Assembly: GCA_964016885.1 (NCBI GenBank) | Contig: OZ024745.1 | Location: 58,032,001-58,096,000, forward strand | Source of the DNA: Eledone cirrhosa | Taxonomy: Eukaryota | DNA: 64,000 nucleotides | Direction of reading: 5' to 3' | Shown: positions 9,834 to 20,893 of the stretch, one piece after another | Layout of the letters: each line of letters opens with the position of its first letter | Numbering within the stretch: the first letter of the stretch is position 1 | Translations under genes and position numbers: made by a program | The notes under the pieces: model-generated | What the model was told of the DNA's origin: nothing | Seen by the model: the letters and a program-made list of their open reading frames with translations, nothing else | Databases searched by the model: none

Positions 9834-12800
9834 CTACAGGCTTATGTAAAGAGAAGGCCCATTCACACGGGCCATTCTCGCCACTTTCACCCACCTTTCA
9901 TAAAAACGACTGGGGTGCAGCACCTCTCTCTCCATCCTGATCCTTCTTCCGAAATGATATCGGAAGAAACGGACCAGTTGTTGGCCAGAGAGAAAGGTGC
10001 CTGACCTCAGTCCTTTCAGACGCGTCCACCATACAACCTCTTTCGCCATGGCTATTACGCACAGAAACACCGCCTCTGCTTCATCTTTGAAGGGGGGAGG
10101 CGGCTTGATCATTACAATAGACTCGGTGGTCAACCGGATCGGTCCCACCCTTGACAGCAGTTGTTCGACATAGCCCCACAGATCGGCTACGCCCGAGCAG
10201 TGTACCAATGCGTGTGCAACGGTTTCCTCGTCGCACACGCATCTGGGACAGATCTTTTTGGCGGGGTCCCTACCCGGGCGCCCGTGTCTGTAGAGCCTTT
10301 CTCGAACGGGTAAAGCCCCTCGGTAGCACTGCCAGGCCAGGGACTTCTGGAAGTTGTCCATAGGTCCCGGGCTGAATGTCCTACCGAACAGGCTGGCCAG
10401 TTCGTCCTCCTCCATGTCTAGGGCTTCTCCGAGGGCGTCGTCGCACCTGCTGCGTACCAGCCCTCTATAGAATGTTGCGGTGGAGTCTCCACTGATAACC
10501 GGATCCGCCTGCCAGAGGGCGGTGAGCGCCTGGGCACACTCAGTGTGCCAGGCGCCCAGTTTTCTCGGTCTTTGCTTGACCCAGGATTGCAGCTCGGTGA
10601 GTGAGACGAGTCTGGGAAAGGTTCGTCTCACAAACGAGGCCCACACCGGTTGTCCGGTAAGGAATACGTAGAGGTGCCGTAGCCTTAATGCGTGTTTACG
10701 CATCATTAGCCACGGCATCCCCAGCCCTCCTTTCGAAGGGTGTTGACAGCAGATGGATCTCCTCACCATAGGAGCCCGCCCCTTCCAAAGGAATTGGAAG
10801 AGCGCGCGCTCCATCTTGGTGAGGGTTTCCCTTGGGCAGGGCACTACGGTCAGGCGGTAGTAGATGACGGACGCTATATAAGTGTTCGCCACCTCCGCCC
10901 GACCTTTCAGGGATAGTTTGCAACTGGCCCACTTCTGGGTCAGTGCAAACACCCTGTTCGTAACCTCCGCCCAGTTTTTCTCCACCTGGAGGTCCGGTCC
11001 GAACCAGACCCCGAGCAACTTCACCGGGCCCTCCGTCCAGCGTCCGACGACGCCATCGGAGGGCATCGGTCTGCCCCTCCACGTGCCGAGTTGCAAACCG
11101 ATCGACTTGTCCCGGTTCAGCTTAGCCCCTGTGAACTTTTCGTACTCCTCCAGTAAGTTGCCGACCGCCTCGATTTCGGAGGCCGTCGACACCATTACTG
11201 TCACATCATCGGCGTAGGCCGAAACCGCTTTCCGCAATCCCGGTTCCAAAGGGATGCCCTGCAACAACTCCAACTTCCGCAGTAGTGGCTCGAGAGTCAA
11301 CACATACAGAAGGGAGGAGAGAGGGCACCCTTGTCGGATGGACCGCGCGATTTTGAACGGCTCCGAGAGGTAGCCGTTCACCTTGACCCTAGAGCAGATG
11401 CGGCTGCTGTGCATAGCAGTGATCCAGCCCCTGAAAACGGGTCCGAAGCCTGCCGCCGCTAGCACCGCATTCAGGTAACCATGGTCGACCCTATCGAACG
11501 CCTTAGATTGATCCAAGTTGATCAGAGCCCCACCAAAGCCGGGTTCGTTCCCAACCCTCTCTATGATGTATCGCATGAGGTGGAGGTTGTCATGGATGGA
11601 CCTGGACGGGATAGCGCATGTCTGCGCATCTCCCACCAGGTTGCCCACGACAAGCGCCAACCTCTTTGCTAGCACCTTGGCCAAAATCTGTAACTCTGTA
11701 TTTAGCAGAGTTATGGGCCTGAAGTTACTTATTTCGTCCCCCTTGTTCTCGTCCTTCCTCACTAGCGTGACTACGCCCTTGGTCACAGTACAGGGAATTC
11801 TCCCGTTCTGTTGCCAGTTGCAGTAGACCGCCTCGAGGAGATCGGGGAACAAGTCCGGCATAGCTAGATATAATTCGTAAGGAAGACCATCGAGACCCGG
11901 GGATTTGCGTTTGCCGCATTGGCCCAGCACGTCCTCTATCTCAGCGGCCGAAATCGGCTCCTCGCAAGACTTCGCCTCCCTGTCCGAGAGGCGCGGCAGG
12001 CCGTCGAGGTATGGACCGAAGTCCACGTTTCCAACCGGCTCCCCGCCCCTCCCGAACAGTCGGGCAAAGTGCCTTTGAAAGGCCTCACACATCTGCTTAG
12101 GCTCAAGAATCGCCCGTCCATCCAGGTCTCGCAAAGACCGGATGGTGGATTTAGTTCCACTGTTGGCCTCTGTCACGCGGGCCCAGCTAACAGCTTTGGC
12201 CCCCTCGTTCCCTAGAGCACGTATTTTACTTCGGACAACGCAGCCTTCGTGCTTCGCGTCGAAAAACTGGCTCAAAGCCGTTCTCGACGCTAGCACTCTG
12301 GCCACGTCGCCGCTTCTAATTGCCTCTTCTACTCTATCTATTAGCTCCCTTTCCTTCCTATTCCTATCCGCAGCTAGAACCTTACTAAATTCAATCGAGA
12401 CTACTCTAATCTCTCTCTTTAGAGATACCCACCACCTGCTGTTGACGATCGCTCCAGTCAACCGTTCCTTAACTAACGTACTAATCCGATTCCTGTAGGC
12501 TCTACTTGCCGGCAAGGACAAGTTGAGCTTCCAGTAACCGGGGCCCTGTCTATGCGTTCTATCAAGGTTGACCATGCAGGTCACCAACTTGTGGTCTGAA
12601 TAGCCAACCATGAGCATTTCTGGACAACTTAAAAAGTCCCTGTCCTTATTTCTAACTAAAAATCTGTCTAGGTACGATCTAGATGATCCGCTGCGATTTG
12701 ACCAAGACCAGGTTGGCACCGTCGGAAAATCTAGTCGAAATCTATCGGCCAGGTCAAATCGGCCGAGTAACCCCTTGAGGCTGTTGCACCCCTCTCTATC

Positions 12801-13271
12801 GGGACATGCCCCTGCATAGTCCCAACGTGCATCCAGGATACCATTCCAATCCCCCACTAAAAGCAGGGAACGGGACGTCCCTAGAAAAGACTCCAGACGC
12901 TGGAAAAAGTCGGGCCGCTCTGTCCCAAAAGGGGCATATGCGGCTATCAGCCTAAGGGCTCTACCTTCACCACTGCCAAGGTCCAGCACCACCAGTCGAC
13001 CCCCTGGGTCCAAGTGAACTATCTGTGTTGCAAGGCCCATATGTTTTTGCAGCAGAACGACAACCCCACCCCCACCTCCGGGCTGACAGAGAGATGCGTG
13101 CATCTCAAAGTCGTCAAAGGTGGGGGCTAGCTGTCGCATGCTGCTGATCCGGGCCTCGCAGATAACCATCACATTTATAGATTGTGACCTGAGGTCATTT
13201 AGAAGCATTGCTTGCTTCCAAGACGAGCCCAGGCCACGCGCATTTAGACACCCTACTCTTAGCACAGCCAT
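9834..13271 (-). CDS. ORF2: APE endonuclease, reverse transcriptase, C-terminal zinc finger (~1145 aa)
   Basis: Track ORF 9834..13295, first ATG at 13271. Motifs LNARGL, GDWN, SYLDRF, SDHK, GPGYWKLN, KSPGLDG, RPITLLN, DQSKAFDRV, QGCPLS, YADD, CPRC..H..C are typical of Tx1/L1 ORF2. Confidence 0.95.
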   Translation of the reverse strand: MAVLRVGCLNARGLGSSWKQAMLLNDLRSQSINVMVICEARISSMRQLAPTFDDFEMHASLCQPGGGGGVVVLLQKHMGLATQIVHLDPGGRLVVLDLGSGEGRALRLIAAYAPFGTERPDFFQRLESFLGTSRSLLLVGDWNGILDARWDYAGACPDREGCNSLKGLLGRFDLADRFRLDFPTVPTWSWSNRSGSSRSYLDRFLVRNKDRDFLSCPEMLMVGYSDHKLVTCMVNLDRTHRQGPGYWKLNLSLPASRAYRNRISTLVKERLTGAIVNSRWWVSLKREIRVVSIEFSKVLAADRNRKERELIDRVEEAIRSGDVARVLASRTALSQFFDAKHEGCVVRSKIRALGNEGAKAVSWARVTEANSGTKSTIRSLRDLDGRAILEPKQMCEAFQRHFARLFGRGGEPVGNVDFGPYLDGLPRLSDREAKSCEEPISAAEIEDVLGQCGKRKSPGLDGLPYELYLAMPDLFPDLLEAVYCNWQQNGRIPCTVTKGVVTLVRKDENKGDEISNFRPITLLNTELQILAKVLAKRLALVVGNLVGDAQTCAIPSRSIHDNLHLMRYIIERVGNEPGFGGALINLDQSKAFDRVDHGYLNAVLAAAGFGPVFRGWITAMHSSRICSRVKVNGYLSEPFKIARSIRQGCPLSSLLYVLTLEPLLRKLELLQGIPLEPGLRKAVSAYADDVTVMVSTASEIEAVGNLLEEYEKFTGAKLNRDKSIGLQLGTWRGRPMPSDGVVGRWTEGPVKLLGVWFGPDLQVEKNWAEVTNRVFALTQKWASCKLSLKGRAEVANTYIASVIYYRLTVVPCPRETLTKMERALFQFLWKGRAPMVRRSICCQHPSKGGLGMPWLMMRKHALRLRHLYVFLTGQPVWASFVRRTFPRLVSLTELQSWVKQRPRKLGAWHTECAQALTALWQADPVISGDSTATFYRGLVRSRCDDALGEALDMEEDELASLFGRTFSPGPMDNFQKSLAWQCYRGALPVRERLYRHGRPGRDPAKKICPRCVCDEETVAHALVHCSGVADLWGYVEQLLSRVGPIRLTTESIVMIKPPPPFKDEAEAVFLCVIAMAKEVVWWTRLKGLRSGTFLSGQQLVRFFRYHFGRRIRMEREVLHPSRFYERWVKVARMARVNGPSLYISL

Positions 13272-13295
13272 GTTGGTGGTAAAGAGAAAAGGCAC

Positions 13296-14944
13296 TTACC
13301 TCTCTGCGTCCCGGGAAACGGGCCGCTCAATTTCCATGCTGGTTGGGGATGGGTTGTTGGGTGGGGTGGTGGTTTGTGGAAGTGAAGGGGCATCGGTGTG
13401 TTGTGGGGTTGGGGTGTTTGTCGTTGAGTGGGTGTCTGGGTGGGGTGGGGGGGTGAAATTTTTTAGGAGGACGCGGTTGATTGGTTTGGCGCAGGGGGGG
13501 CCCACGTCCTCCGTGAAATTTATTTTCAGTGTTTTGTACAAGTGCATTGGGACTTTTATCATTTTCAAATGAGGTAGTCCCACAGCAGTTATAAAGTTTG
13601 GCCCTTCAGTTTGGACCGAAGGGTTTGCTGAAATTGTTTTCCGTAATTCTTTGTTGTCTGTGTTCATGTATGTGTATTGTAAGGTCTTTTTTTGTGTAGC
13701 AGTTAGTGTTGTGTGACAGGGAGGGGTGGTTTGTGTGTAGTTTGTGTTCTCTTGGGGGGGGTTAAAGTTAACATGTGTGTCTGTGGTGCGTCTCCTCTTC
13801 TTTCTTTTTACTTGTTGGAAGGGATCTTTTTCGTCTTGCGACGAAAGAGGTTCGTCTTCCTTGTTGGGTGGGAGGGGTATGTTTTCTGGTAGTGTTTGCG
13901 GTGTGCGTGTTTTTGTATTTGTTTTGGGTGGGGAGGGATTGGGTGGGACAGTATTCTGTGTTATTTTTTCACGTGTTTGTTGTTGTTGTTGTTGTTGTTG
14001 TGGTGGTGGTGGTGGGGTTGTTGGTTTTTGTTGTTGTTGTGGTTGTTTTTGTTGTTGTAGTTGGGGTGGTGTTGGTGTTGGTAGCAGTGTTTTTTTCTGT
14101 GTGAGCTGGGGACAGGCAGCCCTCAGGTGACCTCTATTGCCACAGAGGTAACAGGAGGGACGCCTACCCTCCACAATAATGTTGAGGTGGGTACGGTCAT
14201 CCAGCATGACGCGCTCAGGGATTTGGGCGATGCGTTCTGGCCTTATTTGGGTCAGAACTTCGAGGCTCGTTCCACTGAACGCGTCGCCGGATGCCTTCCC
14301 TATTGAGATGAGGTTGTCCTCGTCTAAATTGAGGAAACCGGTTAGTAACCACCAGTAGTTTATGTTTGGGGTGATGGTGGTTATCCATATCCTCTGGGTT
14401 TTTTTACCCATGTAGGTGGGGAAGAAGGTGTAGTGTGTGGACCGAATTGGCGACACAGAGTATTTTTTTGCCGCCAATTCGTCTTTCATCAATATGGATA
14501 AACTCCCATAGAGTTTATCCTTTTGTATGAAAGTGATGTCTCTCATCGCGTCTTTCAAGACTAACTGAGTTTCCGTTTGAGATGGTTGCGCTGGTTTCTT
14601 TGTTTTATTTAAAATTGTTCGGAATACGACAGTTCGTAATTCCGTCTGTCTTTTTAGCTCCGGAGGTGAATGTATAGAAAACGATCCGTTTTCGCCAAAA
14701 GACACATATTTCTTGGCTTTTTCCAGCATTTCTTTTGCTTTTGAAATATCTTCCAGCACATAAGCGACTGATAATTTAGCCGTTTGTGCAAAAGATATTT
14801 TGTTTTCGCTTTGGATATTAGTATTGTTTTGTTTCTCGTCGTTTGCGTTGTTTTCATCTTTGTTGTTGTTGTTGTCTTTCTCGTTTCGTGTGTGGATACT
14901 TGTGACGTTTGTGTTGTTGTTGTTTTTGTTGTCTTTATTGTTGC

Positions 14945-14975
<31 letters not shown>

Positions 14976-15155
14976 GTTGTTTTCAAATTCTTGTGTAGTT
15001 GTGGCTACATCTAGTGGTCGGTCAACAGGTGAAGACAATTCTTCCTCTCTCTGACCTCTGCCTTTGGCATCTGCTGCTGTGACAGTGGCAGGGGGAAGCT
15101 GTGAGTATGACTTCCCTTTTCTTTCTTTGATTGATGGTGAAGATGCTTCAGCCAT
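13296..15155 (-). CDS. ORF1, gag-like protein with CCHC zinc knuckle
   Basis: Identical translation to ORF1 of A1; ATG at 15155. Confidence 0.9.
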
Positions 15156-15374
15156 TTTTCTCAAAATAGGGTTTTTCGAAGTTTTTCGAAAGATAAAATG
15201 TTCACAATACTATTTCGCCCAAAGGCGCAGAATATTTTGAGAGACCGACCAGATCAAAATTTGACCTGGCAGTCCCTCTACAAAATGATACAAAAATGAA
15301 AGTTTACAGTTTACAATTTCCGTATGAATTTAAACAAAAACTTACCGAGCGAGCTCAGCACATGTGTCCATCGT

Positions 15375-15380
15375 AGAGAG

Positions 15381-15441
<61 letters not shown>
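15375..15441. repeat. (GATA)n spacer
   Basis: One unit longer than the 4729-4791 spacer. Confidence 0.97.
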
Positions 15442-18055
15442 TGTTTCTTTATTAGCCACAGGGGCAAAAAAGAATGGATCGTGTGATATGGAACGGCTCC
15501 GACAGGTAGCCGTTCACCTTGATCCTTGAGCAGATGTTGCTGTTGTGCATTGCAGCAATCCAGCCCCTGAACACGGGTCCGGAGCCTGCCGCTTCGAGCA
15601 CCGCATCCAGGTAACGATGGTCAACCCTATCGAAAGCCTTAGACTGATCCAAGTTGATCAGGGCCCCACCGAAGCCTGGTTTACACCCTACCCTCTCTAT
15701 GATGTATCGCATGAGGTGGAGGTTGTCATGTATGGACCTGGTCGGGATTGCGCATGTCTGCGCTTCTCCCACCAGGTTCTCGACGACAAGCGCCAGCCTC
15801 TTTGCCAACACCTTGGCCAAAATCTGTAACTCTGTGTTTAGCTGAGTTATGGGCCGGAGGTTGCCTATGTCATCTCCCTTATTCTCGTCCTTCCTGTTCA
15901 CACATCCAACTCTTATATTGGCCATGTTGGTGCTGAAATTTAAAAGAGGAAAAGAGATCACTCACCCTTCGCCTCCTGGGGACCAGGCCGCACTATTTCC
16001 ATGGGGGTGTTGGAGGGGTTGTCTGGATGGGTGGTGGTTTCCGGCGGGGTGGGGACGCAGATGTTTGGTTGGGTGGGGTCTGGTGGGATGGGGATGTCTG
16101 GAGTGGGGAGACATTTGAGAAGGACGCGGTTGAGTGGTTTCACGCAGGAATTCCCCACATCCTTCTCAAATGTTTCTTTTAGGGACCTATAAGTTTGTAT
16201 AGGGACCCTAATCAGTTTTAGGTTCAGTTTTTTGCTATTTTTTATAGAGTGGGCGAAAGTTTTCCCTTCGGTTTTCACCGAAGGGTCGTTCGTGATGGTC
16301 TCCATTAGTGTTTTGTTTTCAGTGCTTATGTAAGTGTAAGTGTAATTTTCTTGTGTTGTGTTTGTTTTTGTCTGTAGTTCTTGTGTGTGCTTTCGTTTTG
16401 TTGTAGGTATTTTGTTTTCAGGAGGTGGGGGTTTTGTTTGTGATATTTTTGTTGTTTGTGTTGGTGGTTGTATGTTTGTGGTAGTGTTTGCTGGTTTTTT
16501 GCTTTTGTGATGTCTTTTCTTTCTTTTCCAGCGATGGGGTTCTCCCTCGTCTTCACTGGGTGATGGCGAGATAGCCTCATCTGTTGTATCGTCTGTGTGA
16601 TTGGGGAGGGGTATGTCTTGGGGAGCTGTTGTGTCTGTATGTGATTTTGCAGTGGTTTTAGGTGGAGTGGGGTTGGGTGGGACTGTGTTTGTTGTGGTTA
16701 TTTTTGTGTGTTGGTGTTGTTGTTGTGGTGGTGTTGGTGGTTGTGTTGTTTTGATGGGTGTCGGCAGAAGAGCCTTTTTTTGGAGGACAGGAAGCCCTCA
16801 GGTTACCCCTGCTAAAGCAATGGTAACATGAAGGCCGCCTACCCTCAACCGAAAGGTTTATGTAGGTAAGTCCGTCCAGGAGTACACGCTGTGGGATCAT
16901 TTGCACTAGAACTTCAATGCTAGTCCCATTGAATACATCTCTGGGGGACTTTCCTACTGACAGTATTCTGTCTTCATCAAAATTGATGAAGCCGCACAGT
17001 ATCCACCATATGTTCACCTTTGGTGTGACACTTGTGATTCTGATCTTTTGTGTCCTTTTTCCCATGTATGTAGGGAAAAAGGTGTACAGGTTGGATACAA
17101 TTGGCGACACAGAGTAATTTTGTGCCGTCAATTGATCCTTCATCAGTACCGAAATACTCCCAAAAAGTTTGCTTCTTTGAATGAATGCAATATCATTCAT
17201 TGAATCTTTGAAAACCAGTTCAATATCTTTCTGTGACAATTGGACTGGTTTTCTGGTAGAATTGGAAACTGTCCTAAAAACTATCGTTTTGGGAGCAGTT
17301 TCCTTGCGAATTTCTACCGGAGAATTGATGCTGAAAGCACCATTTTTTTCGAAGGTGACATATCTCTTAGCGTCCTTTAAAAGGTGTTCAGCATTTGTTA
17401 TGTCGAGATATATCAATTGTTCTTTCTTTTGAACTTTCTCCGCAAAGGAGATTTTTGGTTTCTTTGTGGAATCCGTATTGGTGGTGTTGTCATTATTGTT
17501 GTTATTTTTGTTGTTATTCTTGTTGTCACCGATGTTGGTATCATCCGTATTTTCCTTGGTGTTGTTGTTGTCTTTGATGCTGGTGTTATTGGCGTTGTCT
17601 TTATTTTTTTCTTTGTTGTTGTTATCATGTTGCTTTTATCATCATTATTGGTTTTGCTGTTATTTTTGTTGTCATTGAGCTGTTTGGTGTCATTTGTGTT
17701 GTTTGGATGTGAATTCGTTTTTTTATTTTCATTTTGTCCTTCCATCTCTATAGTATCTAGTGAAGAAGACGTTGTTGACTGCGAGCTTTGTAGTCTTACC
17801 GCCTCTCCACCACCATTATCGTTGGACGCAGCGTTCATAATTTAATCAAAATTTTACAATATTTTTTCCAAGATTCGATGGAGAAAATTTTTTTAAATGG
17901 ATATTCCGCCCCTGAAGGGGCGAAAATGAGTTGACCCACCACCTGAAGGTCCAGACGGGTGGTCAAGTTACACAATGATGTACAATTTAACTAAAAACTC
18001 ACGTTTTTTTCTTACATAAATTAACGGAAACTTCTCCGCGAAGTGACACACGACT
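15441..18055 (-). mobile_element. Internally deleted Tx1 derivative, copy B2
   Basis: Near-identical to B1 (offset 10650). Confidence 0.9.
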
Positions 18056-18062
18056 GATAGAG

Positions 18063-18104
<42 letters not shown>

Positions 18105-18105
18105 T

Positions 18106-18166
<61 letters not shown>
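18056..18166. repeat. (GATA)n spacer with one GTTA variant
   Basis: Direct reading; GTTA at 18104. Confidence 0.97.
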
Positions 18167-18167
<1 letters not shown>

Positions 18168-20781
18168 TGTTTCTTTATTAGCCACAGGGGCAAAAAAGAA
18201 TGGATCGTGTGATATGGAACGGCTCCGACAGGTAGCCGTTCACCTTGATCCTTGAGCAGATGTTGCTGTTGTGCATTGCAGCAATCCAGCCCCTGAACAC
18301 GGGTCCGGAGCCTGCCGCTTCGAGCACCGCATCCAGGTAACGATGGTCAACCCTATCGAAAGCCTTAGACTGATCCAAGTTGATCAGGGCCCCACCGAAG
18401 CCTGGTTTACACCCTACCCTCTCTATGATGTATCGCATGAGGTGGAGGTTGTCATGTATGGACCTGGTCGGGATTGCGCATGTCTGCGCTTCTCCCACCA
18501 GGTTCTCGACGACAAGCGCCAGCCTCTTTGCCAACACCTTGGCCAAAATCTGTAACTCTGTGTTTAGCTGAGTTATGGGCCGGAGGTTGCCTATGTCATC
18601 TCCCTTATTCTCGTCCTTCCTGTTCACACATCCAACTCTTATATTGGCCATGTTGGTGCTGAAATTTAAAAGAGGAAAAGAGATCACTCACCCTTCGCCT
18701 CCTGGGGACCAGGCCGCACTATTTCCATGGGGGTGTTGGAGGGGTTGTCTGGATGGGTGGTGGTTTCCGGCGGGGTGGGGACGCAGATGTTTGGTTGGGT
18801 GGGGTCTGGTGGGATGGGGATGTCTGGAGTGGGGAGACATTTGAGAAGGACGCGGTTGAGTGGTTTCACGCAGGAATTCCCCACATCCTTCTCAAATGTT
18901 TCTTTTAGGGACCTATAAGTTTGTATAGGGACCCTAATCAGTTTTAGGTTCAGTTTTTTGCTATTTTTTATAGAGTGGGCGAAAGTTTTCCCTTCGGTTT
19001 TCACCGAAGGGTCGTTCGTGATGGTCTCCATTAGTGTTTTGTTTTCAGTGCTTATGTAAGTGTAAGTGTAATTTTCTTGTGTTGTGTTTGTTTTTGTCTG
19101 TAGTTCTTGTGTGTGCTTTCGTTTTGTTGTAGGTATTTTGTTTTCAGGAGGTGGGGGTTTTGTTTGTGATATTTTTGTTGTTTGTGTTGGTGGTTGTATG
19201 TTTGTGGTAGTGTTTGCTGGTTTTTTGCTTTTGTGATGTCTTTTCTTTCTTTTCCAGCGATGGGGTTCTCCCTCGTCTTCACTGGGTGATGGCGAGATAG
19301 CCTCATCTGTTGTATCGTCTGTGTGATTGGGGAGGGGTATGTCTTGGGGAGCTGTTGTGTCTGTATGTGATTTTGCAGTGGTTTTAGGTGGAGTGGGGTT
19401 GGGTGGGACTGTGTTTGTTGTGGTTATTTTTGTGTGTTGGTGTTGTTGTTGTGGTGGTGTTGGTGGTTGTGTTGTTTTGATGGGTGTCGGCAGAAGAGCC
19501 TTTTTTTGGAGGACAGGAAGCCCTCAGGTTACACCTGCTAAAGCAATGGTAACATGAAGGCCGCCTACCCTCAACCGAAAGGTTTATGTAGGTAAGTCCG
19601 TCCAGGAGTACACGCTGTGGGATCATTTGCACTAGAACTTCAATGCTAGTCCCATTGAATACATCTCTGGGGGACTTTCCTACTGACAGTATTCTGTCTT
19701 CATCAAAATTGATGAAGCCGCACAGTATCCACCATATGTTCACCTTTGGTGTGACACTTGTGATTCTGATCTTTTGTGTCCTTTTTCCCATGTATGTAGG
19801 GAAAAAGGTGTACAGGTTGGATACAATTGGCGACACAGAGTAATTTTGTGCCGTCAATTGATCCTTCATCAGTACCGAAATACTCCCAAAAAGTTTGCTT
19901 CTTTGAATGAATGCAATATCATTCATTGAATCTTTGAAAACCAGTTCAATATCTTTCTGTGACAATTGGACTGGTTTTCTGGTAGAATTGGAAACTGTCC
20001 TAAAAACTATCGTTTTGGGAGCAGTTTCCTTGCGAATTTCTACCGGAGAATTGATGCTGAAAGCACCATTTTTTTCGAAGGTGACATATCTCTTAGCGTC
20101 CTTTAAAAGGTGTTCAGCATTTGTTATGTCGAGATATATCAATTGTTCTTTCTTTTGAACTTTCTCCGCAAAGGAGATTTTTGGTTTCTTTGTGGAATCC
20201 GTATTGGTGGTGTTGTCATTATTGTTGTTATTTTTGTTGTTATTCTTGTTGTCACCGATGTTGGTATCATCCGTATTTTCCTTGGTGTTGTTGTTGTCTT
20301 TGATGCTGGTGTTATTGGCGTTGTCTTTATTTTTTTCTTTGTTGTTGTTATCATGTTGCTTTTATCATCATTATTGGTTTTGCTGTTATTTTTGTTGTCA
20401 TTGAGCTGTTTGGTGTCATTTGTGTTGTTTGGATGTGAATTCGTTTTTTTATTTTCATTTTGTCCTTCCATCTCTATAGTATCTAGTGAAGAAGACGTTG
20501 TTGACTGCGAGCTTTGTAGTCTTACCGCCTCTCCACCACCATTATCGTTGGACGCAGCGTTCATAATGTAATCAAAATTTTACAATATTTTTTCCAAGAT
20601 TCGATGGAGAAAATTTTTTTAAATGGATATTCCGCCCCTGAAGGGGCGAAAATGAGTTGACCCACCACCTGAAGGTCCAGACGGGTGGTCAAGTTACACA
20701 ATGATGTACAATTTAACTAAAAACTCACGTTTTTTTCTTACATAAATTAACGGAAACTTCTCCGCGAAGTGACACACGACT
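18167..20781 (-). mobile_element. Internally deleted Tx1 derivative, copy B3
   Basis: Tandem copy of B2, period 2726. Confidence 0.9.
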
Positions 20782-20788
20782 GATAGAG

Positions 20789-20826
<38 letters not shown>

Positions 20827-20827
20827 T

Positions 20828-20892
<65 letters not shown>
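20782..20892. repeat. (GATA)n spacer with one GTTA variant
   Basis: Direct reading; GTTA at 20826. Confidence 0.97.

Positions 20893-20893
<1 letters not shown>

Larger units (their letters stand above)
9571..15374 (-). mobile_element. Full-length, apparently intact L1/Tx1-clade retrotransposon, family A, copy A2 (~5.8 kb)
   Basis: ~220-nt 5' UTR, intact ORF1 and ORF2, ~260-nt 3' UTR ending AAATAAAAGAAACTT-ATCT. No poly(A) tail. Confidence 0.95.
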
